Source: Chiloscyllium plagiosum
Lineage: Eukaryota
Direction: 5' to 3'
Length of the DNA stretch: 64,000 nucleotides
Assembly (NCBI RefSeq): GCF_004010195.1
Contig: NC_057719.1
Span: 23,546,313 to 23,610,312 of the forward strand
Of this stretch, positions 38,626-51,747 are shown in pieces. The notes beneath the pieces were generated by a model. It was not told where the DNA came from, ran no database searches, and worked only from the letters and a program-made list of their open reading frames with translations. Made by a program: the position numbers and the translations under genes. Every line of letters starts with the position of its first letter. Positions within the stretch are counted from its first letter, which is position 1.

Positions 38626-39049
38626 TAGAATCTTCCCAAAGCCTTTTATCCACAATGAGTGATTTTAATGGTGAATTATGATCAAGAAAGTATCCTGATT
38701 TATATGGTGTTGATTAAGCGGGAACTTTTGGTCATCTAGTTGAGGAAAGCCTGATATGTTGAACAGACAACCAAAAAATACAGTCAGACCTCAGCTTAAA
38801 ATCCTTTCTGATGAACAATGCCAACACAGTGCAGCATGTCCTTAGCACTCTACTACAGTGCAATCCTGTGACCATATCCTAGCAAAGAAAGTGAATAGAA
38901 CATCATTGGGAGAATCAGAGGGTGGCAAATAAAGAGGTAGGATCAACACCTTGATTCCACTAGTTTGAGTGATATACAGTCGGTGTAATGTCATGGACAT
39001 AACTGACATGAGGACAGAAACAAAGAGGACATGCAGGCAAAATAAGAAA

Positions 39050-39990
39050 CTAATCTGGTGGTTGAACTAATTGATGGTTATCACCAACACATTCAAATGA
39101 ATTCAAAGTTGATTCCTCTGCCCAATCAGCAAGTACACACTGTACAGCAACTATTGATAGCCTGACAGATTAAGATGTTAATTTTGTTGAAAAAATTGAG
39201 TAGTACATTTATTCTACAATGGCTGGAAAGTTAAACTACACTTAAACAAATTGATCAGAGGTAGATAAAGAATCAGTAAGGCTTCAAAATCCATCAATAT
39301 TTTATAGATTGTTGGCCAAACTAACAAACAAGTCATATAGTCATGAAAATTTATTTTGAGCATAGGAAACACTTTAATATTCTCAATGAGATATTGGTTC
39401 TATTAAGAGAGATTAGAATTTTAGCTTTCATCAAAGATATCTTAGAAAAACTACACCAAGGCTATTTGGGTATCACCATAAGTGGAGTAAAGTTTCAGAC
39501 TTCATTTCTGATTGCCAAAAGTGTATCATGTACCAAGCACAAACAAGAAGGCATTGACATTGATCAAATTTTCAATCAATCCATTGGAAAAAATGGGTAT
39601 GAATGTATTTGTATTCAATAGCATGAGATATTTCACTGTTTTCAATTACTTTCTAACATGGATTGATGGTGAAAAATTGTGTACAGAAACAGTCAACAGA
39701 GGTTATTACAACTCTTGGAATTCCAGATAGAGTTGTTTATGTCAATGGACCACAATTTGCACATGAATACTTCAGGTTCTTTGCAGAAATGAGTGGATTT
39801 GAACAAATTACAAGTTCACCAAGATATCCCAGTCCATCGTCCAACCTAGGCAAGGAGCCGTAACTATGTCACTTCTAAAAAAGAATGATGATTTTCAAAC
39901 AGCGCTGTCGAAATACAAATTCATGCCATTACAGTGCAGACTAGCACCTTCCAAACTATTGATGGGAATCAAAGACAATCAGTGAAGAGA
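39050..39990 (+). pseudogene. Gypsy (Ty3) LTR-retrotransposon integrase fossil
   Basis: ILEKLHQGYLGIT (Zn-binding region), MGMNVFVFN...FTVFNYF and LGIPDRVVYVNGPQFA...GFEQITSSPRYP (integrase core). Confidence 0.85.
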
Positions 39991-40194
39991 CATGGAAGAC
40001 TTTTAATATGGGTAGGTTCACTGTTAGAAGTGCCCATGTAAAGAGTACATTGTTTACAGCAATGCAGTAAACCTTCTATGGTTTGCTTTATCCAAACCTT
40101 GAAACTTTACCAGTTGGACCAAAGAAGTGGATTGCTCCAATCCACAACAAACCATAACAAGCTAGCATTAGTGGTGACAACAATTGCCATAATT

Positions 40195-40878
40195 TTAGAG
40201 TCAGAGTCAAAGAGATGTGCAGCACGGAAACAGACCGTTCGATCCAACCCTTCCATGCCAACCAGATATCCCAAATTAATCTAGTCCTACCTGCCAGCAC
40301 ATGGCCCATATCCTTTCAAACCCTTTCTATTCATATACACATCCAAATGCTTGTTAAATGTTGCAATTGTACTAGCTCCACCTCTTCCTCTGGCAGCTCA
40401 TTCCATACACATACCACTCTCTGTGTGAAAAAGGTGCCCCTTAGGTCTCTTTTATATCTTTCCCCTCTCACCCTAAATCTATGTCCTCTAGTTCTGGACC
40501 ACCCCCTCCTCCCCCATCCCAGGGAAAAGATTTTATCTATTTATCCTATCCATGCCCCTCATGATTTTGCAAACCTCTATAAGGTCACCCCTCAGCCTCT
40601 GACGCAACAGGGAAAACAGCCCCAGCCTATTCACCCTCCCGTTATTGCTCAAATCCTCCAACCTTGGCAACATCCTTGTAAATCTTTTCGTGTATAAGTC
40701 CTACTAAGATTTGCTTTCCCAAAATGCAGCACCTCACATTTATCCAAATTAAACTCCATCTGCCACTCCTCAACCCATTTGCCCATATGATCAAGATCCC
40801 ATTTTAATCTGAGGTAACCTTCTTCACTGTCCACTACACTTCCAATTTTGGTGTCACCTGCAAACTTACTAACTACCA
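40195..40878 (-). mobile_element. CR1 3' portion with internal deletion at ~40690
   Basis: VSKFAGDTKIG...WQMEFNLDKCEVLHFG joined directly to the C-terminal region; tail agagtcagagtc. Confidence 0.9.
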
Positions 40879-40911
40879 TAATGGGAAAGGAAGTATTGTC
40901 TCTCTTCAGAG

Positions 40912-41012
40912 TGGTTCTGATGATGGGTCACTGGATTTGAGACTTTAATTCTGATTTTTCTCCACAGATGCTGTCAGACCTGCTGAGATTTCCCAGCAAT
41001 TTCTGTTTTCTT
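40912..41012 (+). mobile_element. Short PLE pLTR fragment starting at the hammerhead
   Basis: gttctgatgatgggtcactgga...ctccacagatgctgtcagacctgctgag. Confidence 0.75.
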
Positions 41013-41111
41013 TCTCTTTAAGGTTGCTGCAAGGCCCAGTATGCAAGTATCTAGAAAATAATTCCCCTCATCATGGTTTGTGTGTTCCGAGTTCAACACA
41101 TTCCCAGTTTG

Positions 41112-41572
41112 ACCATAGGCCATAAGATCTAACAGCAGAATTAGGCCATTCAGCCCATCGAGTCTGTTCCATCGTTCAATCATAGCTGATAAGTCTTTCA
41201 ACCCCATTTTCCTGCCTTCTGCCCATAACCCTTGACCCTCTTACTAATCAAGAACCTATCTATAAATCCCTTAGATACACTCAATGACTTGGCTTCCATA
41301 GCCCTCTGCAGCAATGTGTTCCACAGATTAATCACCCTCTGGCTGAGGAAATTCCTCCTCATCTCAATTCTAAAGGGTTATCCTTTCGCTCTGAGGCTGT
41401 GCCTTCAGGTCCTAGTCTATCTTGCATTTGGAAATGTTTTCTCCATGTACAGTCTTTCCAGGCCTCTCAGTATTCTGGAAGTTTCAGTCAGTTGACTCCT
41501 CATCCTTCTAAACTCCATTGAGTACAGACATAGAGTCCTCATCTCTACCTCATATGACAAGTTCTTCATCCT
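41112..41572 (-). mobile_element. CR1 3' end (older subfamily)
   Basis: ccataagat...ttaggccattcagcccatcgagtctg; ccctctggctgaggaaattcctcctcatctc. Confidence 0.85.
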
Positions 41573-42564
41573 TGCAAGTTGCTGCACAGTCACACACCAC
41601 TCTGCTTAGAAGGAACATCACCTTGTCTGGGTCGAGCAGGTCATATCCCTCACCAATAATCCATGTTCTAAAACTAAAGAGCAACAAAAAGGGAGTTGTT
41701 CCATTTGAAACATTCACCCTCTCTACTTCAATCAGACAGAAAGAGATCAAATTCCATCCTTTGTGCTCGCAGAACTTTCTAAATTTTAACAGGACCATAA
41801 ACTGTCTTCTCAAATTCTGCAGGATGTTATGTCATTGTGAAACAGAGTCATATATGAAAATGACTTGAGACTTCCTTCCTCCCTAAACATCTGCAAGATT
41901 GCCAATTAGTAAAATACTAAGAGATAATTACAAACTTTAATAATTCATAGGCTGTTCAGAGAAATCTAAAGTGAGACATACAACAGCTAGAACTCTGCCT
42001 ATACAGTACTAATGAAGAAATTTAAATATTAAAAAGAGTCCATTAGGAGTAATATTTACATTCTGTACAGTGTATATGTTTCTCAGATCCTCAATTAACT
42101 GGACTTCAATGTGCTGTCAATGCTTGGAGCTGAACATGAATTAACGGTTTTGCAAGGTGAAAATCAAATAGATTTGGGAACTTGGTCCAAAGACTGTTTA
42201 AAACTTGATGATTAAGTTCAGCTTTATGACATTGCATTCACACACAACACATTCAGAAAAAAACATAATTTTAGAGCAAAACAGTCAGCTGGAGTTTGAA
42301 AATTACGTTTCTTAATTTACATTCCCATCTACTTTACACATTGATTCAACACCATTTCCAAACAATGGTAGCAACTGCTTTCTGTATATCCACCTGTTTT
42401 AGGCAGGTGTGCAAATCATAGTCACTTAGTCAAACTGAACTGGAATCTCGTTGAAAAGAGAGAGGTGTGATGAAAGTTTTTCATCTTGCATCCATCAGGA
42501 CAAACACAAAGATGCCAAATTTCAAGTGATCACAGGTTTGTACTGCTGGACAAAGGGAGTGCTG

Positions 42565-42918
42565 ATATTTTTAATTTGTTCCTGCGATCTGTGCATCTTT
42601 GCCTAAGCCAGTATTTATTTCCCCATTCCTAATTGTCTAAAGGGCAGAAAAGAGTTATCTACATTGTTGTGGGCTTGGGGGTCACATATAGGTATACCAG
42701 CAGGTGTGCCATCCTACAGGGCATTAGTGAACCAGATGGACTTTTACAACAATTGGCTGTGGCTACAGGGTCACAACAAAGCCATCTTTTATTTCCATTT
42801 CTTTTTAATTAAATTCAAATATCACTACTTATCATGGTGGGATTTGAACCCATGTTGGCCAAAGCATTAGAATGGATTCTAGATTGCTAGTCCAGTAATA
42901 TTGCCACTATGCTACCAC
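42565..42918 (-). mobile_element. tRNA-derived SINE, near full length, sharing its 3' tail with the L2/Crack-like LINE
   Basis: Reverse-complement head ggtagcatagtggcaatattactggactagcaatc...gggttcaaatcccacc (A and B boxes); tail aataaatactggcttaggc...aattaaaaa. Confidence 0.75.
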
Positions 42919-43344
42919 CTCACTTTGGTAGCTCATTGGTTGGCAGGTCCACTCAGAATGGCCACGACGTTACCATGAACAAAACCGAGAAACTGCCGGC
43001 TCCCCAAATTCCCTGGTAACCCAGGTTGGAAAATATAAGAGAGCAGGTCCCTGCATATCAATAAATTGCATATCCATTCCATCCTGTCTAAGTGGGCATG
43101 GTTATGAGTGCAACAGATTATTTTGAATTGTCAGTATAGCTATTAACATATGCAGGATTGTTCTGCAAGCGCTGTGTAATTGCAAACCACATCTAACAGT
43201 ACACAGATTGCTTCAGTCTTTGAAAACACACAATGGTTGATTATGGTCTGTACTCTGTCTATAATGAACAATCAAAGAAACATACTATTTGATCAGTGGG
43301 GCATAGGGTCTCCAACCCAACTACTACAGAGGGACAATACTGAA

Positions 43345-44244
43345 CGACCCAGATGGCCTCCTTCTTCAAAGACCGCAATTTCCCCTCAGACATGGTTGAC
43401 GATGCTCTCCACCGCATCTCCTCCACTTCCGGCTCCTCCGCCCTTGAACCCCACCTCTCCAATCACCACCAGGACAGAACCCCACTGGTCCTCACCTACC
43501 ACTGCACCAACCTCCAGATACATCGTATCATCCGCCGTCATTTCCGCCACCTCCAAACAGACCCCACCACCAAGGATATATTTCCCTCCCCTCCCCTATC
43601 AGCGTTCCGTAAAGACCACTCCCTCTGTGACTCCCTCANNNNNNNNNNNNNNNNNNNNNNNNNNNNNNNNNNNNNNNNNNNNNNNNNNNNNNNNNNNNNN
43701 NNNNNNNNNNNNNNNNNNNNNNNNNNNNNNNNNNNNNNNNNNNNNNNNNNNNNNNNNNNNNNNNNNNNNNNNNNNNNNNNNNNNNNNNNNNNNNNNNNNN
43801 NNNNNNNNNNNNNNNNNNNNNNNNNNNNNNNNNNNNNNNNNNNNNNNNNNNNNNNNNNNNNNNNNNNNNNNNNNNNNNNNNNNNNNNNNNNNNNNNNNNN
43901 NNNNNNNNNNNNNNNNNNNNNNNNNNNNNNNNNNNNNNNNNNNNNNNNNNNNNNNNNNNNNNNNNNNNNNNNNNNNNNNNNNNNNNNNNNNNNNNNNNCC
44001 CTCTCCGGCCTATCACCCTCACCTTAACCTCCTTCCACCTATCGCATTCCCAACGCCCCTCCCCCAAGTCCCTCCTCCCTACCTTTTATCTTAGCCTGCT
44101 TGGCACACCCTCCTCATTCCTGAAGAACGTCTTATGCCCGAAACATCAATTCTTCTGCTCCTTTGATACTGCCTGACCTGTTGCGCGTTTCCAGCAACAC
44201 ATTTTTCAGCTCTGATCTCTAGCATCTGCAGTCCTCACCTTCTC
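43345..44244 (+). mobile_element. PLE (Neptune-like) 3' part spanning the assembly gap
   Basis: MASFFKDRNFPS...TPLVLTYH...HFRHLQTDPTTKDIFPSPPLSAFRKDHSL; pLTR with degenerate hammerhead at ~44116-44150; possible TSD CATAGGG(T/A)CT(C/A)CA at 43302 and 44245. Confidence 0.88.
43639..43998. other. Assembly gap (360 N)
   Basis: Run of N characters. Confidence 1.
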
Positions 44245-44384
44245 CATAGGGACTACATGCCTGGCATAGCACCAGCACCAAAAATCATATATAACTTTGT
44301 GTGATATTTTGTTAAGGTTCCTTTGTTTCCAAAGTAAAACTAAGAGAATTTTGAAAATGATCTATTTGGACATCCTAGCAAGCA

Positions 44385-44582
44385 ATCCAAAGATGTGCAG
44401 CTGTGGCGAATTGGCCATGTTAAATTGCCCATAGTGTTCAGGGGTGTATAGGTTAGGTGCATTATTTAGGGGAAAATGTAGATTAATAGGAAATGGGCCT
44501 GGGTGAGTCACTCTTTGGAGGTTCGACATGGACTTGTTCAGGTGAGTGGCCTGTTTCCACACTGCAAGGACTCTATGATTCT
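44385..44582 (+). mobile_element. HE1-type SINE 3' half
   Basis: tccaaagatgtgcag...ggccatgttaaattgccc...ggcctgtttccacactgcaaggactctatgattc. Confidence 0.85.
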
Positions 44583-44863
44583 CTGTTGAAAATTTCCATG
44601 TGCACTGAGGTTGCTGTGTAGATGGAATCAAGGAAGTCAAATGGACAGCTATTTGGGAAATCAAATTAGAGCTGGTCTCCAAACCTGTAGTCTAGACTAG
44701 ATCCTGTAAATGCCTGGAAAATGTCCCACAAGTAGAGCAGGAACGGTGTTACTGTGGGTTGTGCAGATGGGAAGGACAGAGAGTTGAAAACAGAAAGCAG
44801 GAACTGCTGATTGGACAAGGCAACTTTATTCCTGCCAATTCAGTTTTGCCAGACCCAACCAAA

Positions 44864-45271
44864 CAGACCCGGAACTGACAGCCAGACTACTGCGACCCCT
44901 AGGACTCATAACGGCACACAAACCAACAGCCACGCTCAGACAACAACTCACCAGGAAGTTTTTTTTTGTTGCAAACGTTTCGTCAGCGCTTGGGGGCCTC
45001 CTGCGAAGCGCTTCTTTGATGTTTCCTCCGGTGTTTATACTGGTCTGTCCCTGCCGCTACAGCGGACAGCTGAAACTGACAACCGGAAGCGGCAGGGACA
45101 GAACACTATAAATTCCGGAGGAAAGATCAAAGAAGCGCTTCGCAGGAGGCTCCCAAGCACTGATGATGTCACCTAGCCAGGGGACGAAACGTTTGCAACA
45201 AAAACTTCCAGCTCGGCGAACAGAACCACAACAACGAGCACCCGAGCTACAAATCTTCGCATAAACTTTGA
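44864..45271. mobile_element. Tripartite PLE insertion (ORF fragment +, pLTR -, pLTR +)
   Basis: TSD ACCCAACCAAA at 44853-44863 and 45272-45282; ELTARLLRPLGLITAHKPTATLRQQLTR fragment; inverted arms ~44954-45058 and ~45089-45210. Confidence 0.9.
45157..45196 (+). ncRNA. Minimal type-I hammerhead ribozyme motif (PLE pLTR)
   Basis: GCA-CTGATGA-[T GTCACC TAGCCA GGGGAC]-GAAACGTT-TGC; stem I GCA/TGC, palindromic ACGT, predicted cleavage after GUU. Confidence 0.75.
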
Positions 45272-46259
45272 ACCCAACCAAAGTGTTTCAAGGGATCAGA
45301 GAAGGGATTCATGGTAGATTTTCTGCAATCAAGAGTATTGTGTGCTGGTTGAGGAGATTCCGCAAGAGTGTGATATTTAGGTGTTAATCTCATTCAGAAA
45401 CTGCTTCTGCTGAAAGTAGCTCAAGGGTCAAATCTATTAATTGGATAACATACTGGAGACTGAGTTGGAAAGACTGTGTGGTTGCATATAGTGCTACATT
45501 TGTATTGGAAGTGATGCCTGTGTCTGTAATTATGTGAAGCATATCTTTGTTGTATCAACAAGTTAAAGTGAAATTTCACTTTTTTTTGACACATCGTTCA
45601 CTTCTTAATTAATATTTGAATTAGGTTGTTTTTTTTATAGCAAATGTTTTAAATGGTGAAATCTTGTCCTTTTTTTATGCCATTGCCATCAGGATTTATT
45701 TCATTTAAAATTAAATTGGTCTCCATGGGGTCTGTAACTGTACATCAGGTAATTATTGCATGAAATTCTGATCTAATATTCCTGAGATAACAATTTCAAT
45801 ATTAAACTGTAATGTTCCAGAAAACAGTGTTTTTCTAATCTGTTAGGAGATTGGCAGGTATTCAGACAATTTAAATGGAGAATTCACTCTGTATCTATCC
45901 ACTTTGTGTCTTCCCTGGGAGTGTTATGGAAAAATATAGAGTGTGTCTTCCTTTGTGTCCAATGGTGCAGTAACAGCATGAGAGGATCAATAGGTGAGGT
46001 CTCGGTCAACAGACAGCAATATTTTAGGAGACACTGAGTGCTTTGTGGGGCATGACTAAAGGGAAGCACATGGTGAGAGGGAGGCAGTGAGAGATCAGGA
46101 GAAAGATGGTGAGTAGGGGCCAGTCAGTGAAGTGGTAAAGGATTGGGTCAGTGGCGGACAGGATGGTGGAGACACAAACCAGTAGGGTGGCCACCAGCTG
46201 GTGGGTGCAGAAAAAAGACATGGGCAATAGGAGAACCTGCTGGCTGGGCACAGCAAGAT

Positions 46260-46390
46260 CCATAGACACTAGAAGCAGGAGAAAGCCATTCAGCCCTTTG
46301 AACTTGCTTCACCATTCAATATGATCATGGCTGACCCTCTATCTCAATGCCATATTCCTGCTTTCTCTCCATAACTCTAACATCTAAACA
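46260..46390 (-). mobile_element. CR1 3' terminal fragment
   Basis: agaagcaggagaaagccattcagccc...ccattcaatatgatcatggctga. Confidence 0.75.
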
Positions 46391-47371
46391 TTCACCAGTG
46401 TCCTCCAAATGTTCCTGTTTGATGTTAGCATTTACAATGTTAAGCTTATTAGATTTTAGCAGTGAAATATCAAGATCAAAAAAATGCACAGCTCATCTAC
46501 GGTGGTGTCTAGTGTATCTGGGCCCTGCTTAGATCCTGTAACAGGGGTTCCATCAACCAGTTAGAAAATAGGAAGCCCCACATTGCCTCTGTCAGGGACA
46601 ACTGACATTATTTAAGTTTAAACAGGAATTTAACTGGTCAATATTGCACTTCAATCAAGACCTTGACATGGTGGAGTTTCTATCCCTAGGATCTAGCAGC
46701 TCTCCACTGCTAGCAGCATCACTGAAAGTAGGAAAGCTCTGAGACGCTCACCAAAGATCACCACTGGATCCCTGGACACAGGTGAGTGGGGCGTGATGAG
46801 AGGTTGAGCAGGGAGGTGGTATGTGAGGGCAAGTGGGCACTTTGAATGAGGTATGTGTCTGGGAAGCTGCAGCCAAAGCTGACAGGGTTGCTGATAGACC
46901 TTTCGGAAGTAAGTCAGAGCCGCACAGCTCCTCTTAAATCCCAGAGCCTTCATTTAAACCCGGGGAACGTTTGACATGAGGTGGCTCTTTTTGGAGCTGA
47001 AATGATCTCCTGCCACCTACAGGTGGAAATCCCATGTCAGGCCCTTCCAGCTCATGGCTAAATAAGGGAGGATCCTGCTATCCCCAGGAATTCTCCCTCT
47101 CTACTCTGTTCAGACCCACCGTTATTTTGAAAACTTCCATCAGATCTCCTTTCAGCCTTCCCCACGTCTGATTAATAGACATTTTGTTTAAATATAGAGA
47201 ATTACTACTTAATTAGTAATTTTGGTAAATGCAAAACATTTTACATTGTGAGCCGTGGAGTAGTAGGAGTTGGACAATGATTCACTCCTTCAGCCTTGTT
47301 TGTACCACCTTAATTGTTATCTCCTTTTTCCTCCAGTGAGCATCCAGGATATTTCTCAACCTTCCTCTTTT

Positions 47372-49661
47372 TTAGAACATAGAAAAGTACAGAACAGAAC
47401 AGGTCCTTTGGCCCACAATGTTGTGCCAAGATTTAATCCTAATGTAAAATATAATAACTTAGCCTACACACCCCTCAACTCACTGCTATCCATGTGCATG
47501 TCCAGCAGTCGCTTAAATGTCCCCAATGACTCTGCTTCCACCACCACAGCTGGCAACGCATTCCATGCATTCACTACTCTCTGCGTAAAGAACCTACCTC
47601 TGATGTCTCCTTTATACCTTCCTCCTAATATCTTCAAACTATGACTTCTCGTACCAGTCAATCCTGCCCTGGGGAAATGTCTCTGGCTATTGACTCTATC
47701 TATTCTTCTCATTATTTTGTATACCTCGATCAGGTCTCCTCTCTTCCTCTTTCTCTCCAAAGAAAAAAGTCCAAGCTTATTCAACCTTTCTTCATAAGTC
47801 AAGCCCTCCAGTCCAGACAGCATCCGGGTAAACCTTCCTTGCACTCTCTCCAAAGCCTCTGTATCTCTCCTATAGTAGGACGACCAGAACTGGACACAAT
47901 ATTCCAAGTGTGGTCTCACCAGGGACTTGTAGAGCTGTAGCAAAACCTCACGGCTCTTAAACTCGATCCCTCTGTTAATGAAAGCCAAAACACCATATGC
48001 TTTCTTAACAACCCTATCCACTTGGGTGGCAATTTTGAGGGATCTATGTACTTGCCCACCCAGATCCCTCTGTTCCTCCACATTGCCAGGAATCCTGTCT
48101 TTAATCCTATATTCAGCATTCGGGTTCAACCTTCCAAAATACATCACTTCACATTTATCCAGGTTGAACTCCATCTGCCATTTCTCAGTCCAACTCTGCA
48201 TCCTGTCTATGTTGCGCTGCAGCCTGCAGTAGCCCTCGATACTATTGACGACACCTCCAACCTTTGTGTCATCTGCAAATTTACTAACCCACCCCTCAAC
48301 CTCCTCATCCAAGTCATTTATAAAAACTACAAAGAGCAGAGGCCACAGAACAGAGCCCTGTGGGACCCCCCTCAACATTGACCTCTAGGCAGAATACTTT
48401 CCATCTACAACCATTCTCTGCCTTCCGTCAGCCAGCCAATTCTGAATCCAGACAGCCAAATCTCCCCGTATCCCATACTTCCTGACTTTATGAATGAGCC
48501 TTGCATGGGGAACCCTATCAAATGCCTTGCTGAAGTCCATATACACCACCTCTACTGCTCGGCCGTCGTCGACCTGTCTTGGCAGCTCCTCAAAGAACTC
48601 AATAAGATTTGTGAGGCATGACCTGCCCCTCACAAAGCCATGCTGACTGCCTTTAATTACACTACGCTTTGTCAAATAGTCATAAATCCTATCCCTCAGA
48701 ATTCTTTCCAAAACTTCGCTGACCATAGACGTAAGACTGACTGGTCTGTAATTGTCAGGGATTTCCCTATTACCTTTCTTGAAAAGAGGAACAACATTCG
48801 CCTCCTTCCAATCCTCCGGTACGACTCATGTGGAGAATGAGGAGGCAAATATCCTCACCAGCGGCTTAGCAACCTCCTTTCTCACTTCCTGGGGCAGCCT
48901 AGGATAAATCTGGTGTGGCCCTGAAGACTTATCATTTTTAATGTTTTCCAAAGTTTCTAGCACATCAACTTCATCAATCTTGATCTGGTCAAGACTGTAT
49001 CCTAGCTCCTCTAAGTTTTCATTCACAGCAAGGTCCCTTTCCTCGATGAAAACCAAAACAAAAAACTCATTTAGGGCTTCCCCTATCTGCTCAGGCTCAA
49101 CGCATAAGTTCTCTACGCTGTCACTGATCGGCCCTACCTTCGCCCTCATCATTCTCTTATTCCTCATGTACGAGTAAAACGCCTTTGGGTTCTCCCTCAT
49201 CCTTCTTGCCAAGACTTTTTTGTGCCCCCTCCTGTCTCTCCTCAGTCCATTTCTGAGCTCCTTTCTAGCAAGCCTGTATTCCTCTAAAGCTGTGCTAGAT
49301 CCTTGCTTCCTCCACCTTACGTAAGCTGCCTTCTTCCTTTTGACGAGAAGGTCCTCTGTTCTCCTCATCCAAAGCTCCTTAATCTTACCCCTTCTTACCA
49401 GTCTCAGAGGAACAAATTTGTGCATCACTTGCAACAATTGCTCCTTAAATAGTCTCCACATGTCTGCTGTGCCCTTTCTGTGGAACAATTGCTCCCATTC
49501 TGTACTTCCCAACTCCTGTCTGATAGCGTCATAATTTCCTTTTCCCCAATTAAATATCTCCCCTTGGTAACTGCTCCTTTCACTCTCCAAGGCTACACTA
49601 AATGTGAGGCAGTTGTGATCACATTCACCAAAGTGCTCTCCACCGCAAGATCTGACACCTG
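47372..49661 (-). mobile_element. Young 5'-truncated CR1; ORF2 in one frame with two premature stops
   Basis: ORFs 48826-49590, 48385-48726 and 47464-48378 are co-frame (offsets of 99 and 6 nt). RT motifs DFSKAFD, GVPQGSVL and FADDTK are present. Confidence 0.97.
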
Positions 49662-49814
49662 TATTTTGAGGAAATATGACCGATTATATCAAAATCAGCT
49701 CTCCTTTGAAAGTAGCCCAGCCTTTCCTGCCAACCTTTGATCTCTGTCTATCCAATTCTGTTCCATACTTCCCCATTAAAGTCAGCCCTTCCCCCCTAGT
49801 CAATTATTGGCTTG

Positions 49815-50850
49815 ACTGTAGGACAAGAGGGTAGTGATTGAGGGTTGTTCAGATTGGAGCCCCGAGACCAGCGATGTGCTGGAAGGATTGGCGCTGGGTC
49901 CACTGTTTGTTCCTCATTTACATAAACGATTTGGATGAGAATATGGGAGACATTGTTAGTAAGTTTGCAAATGACACCAACATTGGTAGCATAGTGGACA
50001 ATCAAAAAGGTTACCTACAATGGGGTCTTGATCACATAGGCCAGTAGACCGAGAAATGGTAGATGGAGTTTAATTCAGATAAATACAGGTTATTGCATTT
50101 TACTAAGACAAACCAGGGCAGGAATTACACAGTTCATGGTAGGTCTCTAGGGAGAGTTGTCGAACAGGGAAACGTATGAGTGCAAGTACGTAGTTCCATG
50201 AAAGTGGGGGTCACAAGCAGACAGGGTGGTGAAAAAGGCATTTTGCATGCTTGCCTTCATCGGTCAGAGTATTGAGTACAGGAGTTGGGGTATCATATTA
50301 CAGCTGTACAAGATGTTGGCAAAGCCACATTTGGATTACTGCATTTCTCTGATCTAGGAACGGTGTTACTAAACTGGAAAGAGAGGATATTACTAAGACT
50401 AGAAGGTTTGAGTTATAAGGAGAGGTTGAATAGGCTGAGACTCTTTTCACTGGAGCTTAGAAGACTGAGGGGTGACCTTATAGAGATTTATAAAATCATG
50501 AGGGCCATAGATTAGTTGAATAACCAAGGTCTTTTCCACAGACTAGGGGAGTACAAAACTCGAGGGCATAGGTTTAAGGTGAGAGGGGGAAGATTTAAAA
50601 AGGACCTGAGGGGCAACCTTTCCACACAGAGGGTGATATGTATCTGGAATGAGCTGCCATACGAAGTGGCAGAGTTGGATACAATTACCACTCTTAAAAG
50701 ACATTTGGACAGGTACACTTGGAAAGCTTTAGAGGGATAGGAGGCAAACACAGGCAAATACGACTGGTTCAGTTTAGGAAGCCTGGTCAGCATAGACAAA
50801 TTAGGCCAAAGGGCTGTTTCCGTGCTGTTTGACTACAACTCTATTACTCT
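49815..50850 (+). mobile_element. CR1 RT C-half and 3' end
   Basis: LIYINDLDENMGDIVSKFANDT; LRRLRGDLIEIYKIM; tail tgactacaactctattactcta. Confidence 0.9.
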
Positions 50851-51747
50851 AATTATTGTTATGCTGGAATGTACATTGGCCTTTTCCAACATCATTCTAA
50901 ATCTTATAATATAATGGTCATTGCTCTGAAGTGCACCCCTGCTGATTCACTATTTTAACTGGGACACCTCATTCCCAAAAGTCAGAGATAGCAAAGGTTC
51001 ATTTCTTGTTGGACTGCCACATAGTGCTCTAAGAATTTCCTTTGAATACAGTCACAAAACTCTTGACCCTTTCTGGCCCTACAGTACCTCATTGTGTCCT
51101 TATGTGTGTCTACTTCAACCCTGAGGCAGTTAAGCTTTGTGAAAGCTAAAAAAAAATCCACCTGAAAACTTTGCACAGTGAATGTTAACCAGGGCTTTTC
51201 TTTCCCCCTTTATTTTCAATCATTGACAGTATTGCCATCCCAGCATTTCCTGTTAGCTCAGCTGAAAATGTTTGGATTTTCAATTTTGCTCATTCCCCTC
51301 TAATCCAATGGTTTCACTGGGTCAGGTTTAAAAATTGGTCAATAATAGAGCATTTCGGTGAATCAGTCAGCCGCAGAAGAAATCATTGGTGATAAAATAA
51401 CTATTCTAAATTGGAAAGCTGTCTTGCAAATGTCTGTCAAGGTGAGAATACCTTCTGCTATTTGTATTACAGTTCGATTGTCATAATGCTTGAGTGAAGT
51501 GAACTCCCTCTATAAGTCCTACAACCTGGCCATGTTCCTTTCAGGTGACAGAACAACTGAAAATACATTTTCCTTGTGATCAAGTGCCAGAATACTACCT
51601 GACCATTTTGTCCCAAGTATACGACTGGTTCCCTCAGAAAACAATTCATTGTTGCTGGTGAGTCCAAAAGACTGATGAGAACAAGCAAGCCAATGCTACT
51701 GGCCAAGGCAGTGTGCACATCGTCAGGCAGCCCTTACTCAGTTATAA

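Noticed and set aside
43180..44094. 304-aa, 224-aa and 143-aa ORFs
   Set aside because: Lengths are inflated by the N gap; the only real homology is a PLE fragment.
44747..45739. Possible solo LTR (TGTTAC...GTAACT)
   Set aside because: No TSD and an imperfect 3' terminus.
46681..47090. GC-rich block flanked by TATCCC(T/C)AGGA, a possible DNA-transposon derivative
   Set aside because: No convincing terminal inverted repeats.
47464..48378. 304-aa RT ORF as a functional or domesticated gene
   Set aside because: It is the C-terminal part of a 5'-truncated CR1 with upstream in-frame stops and a normal CR1 tail.
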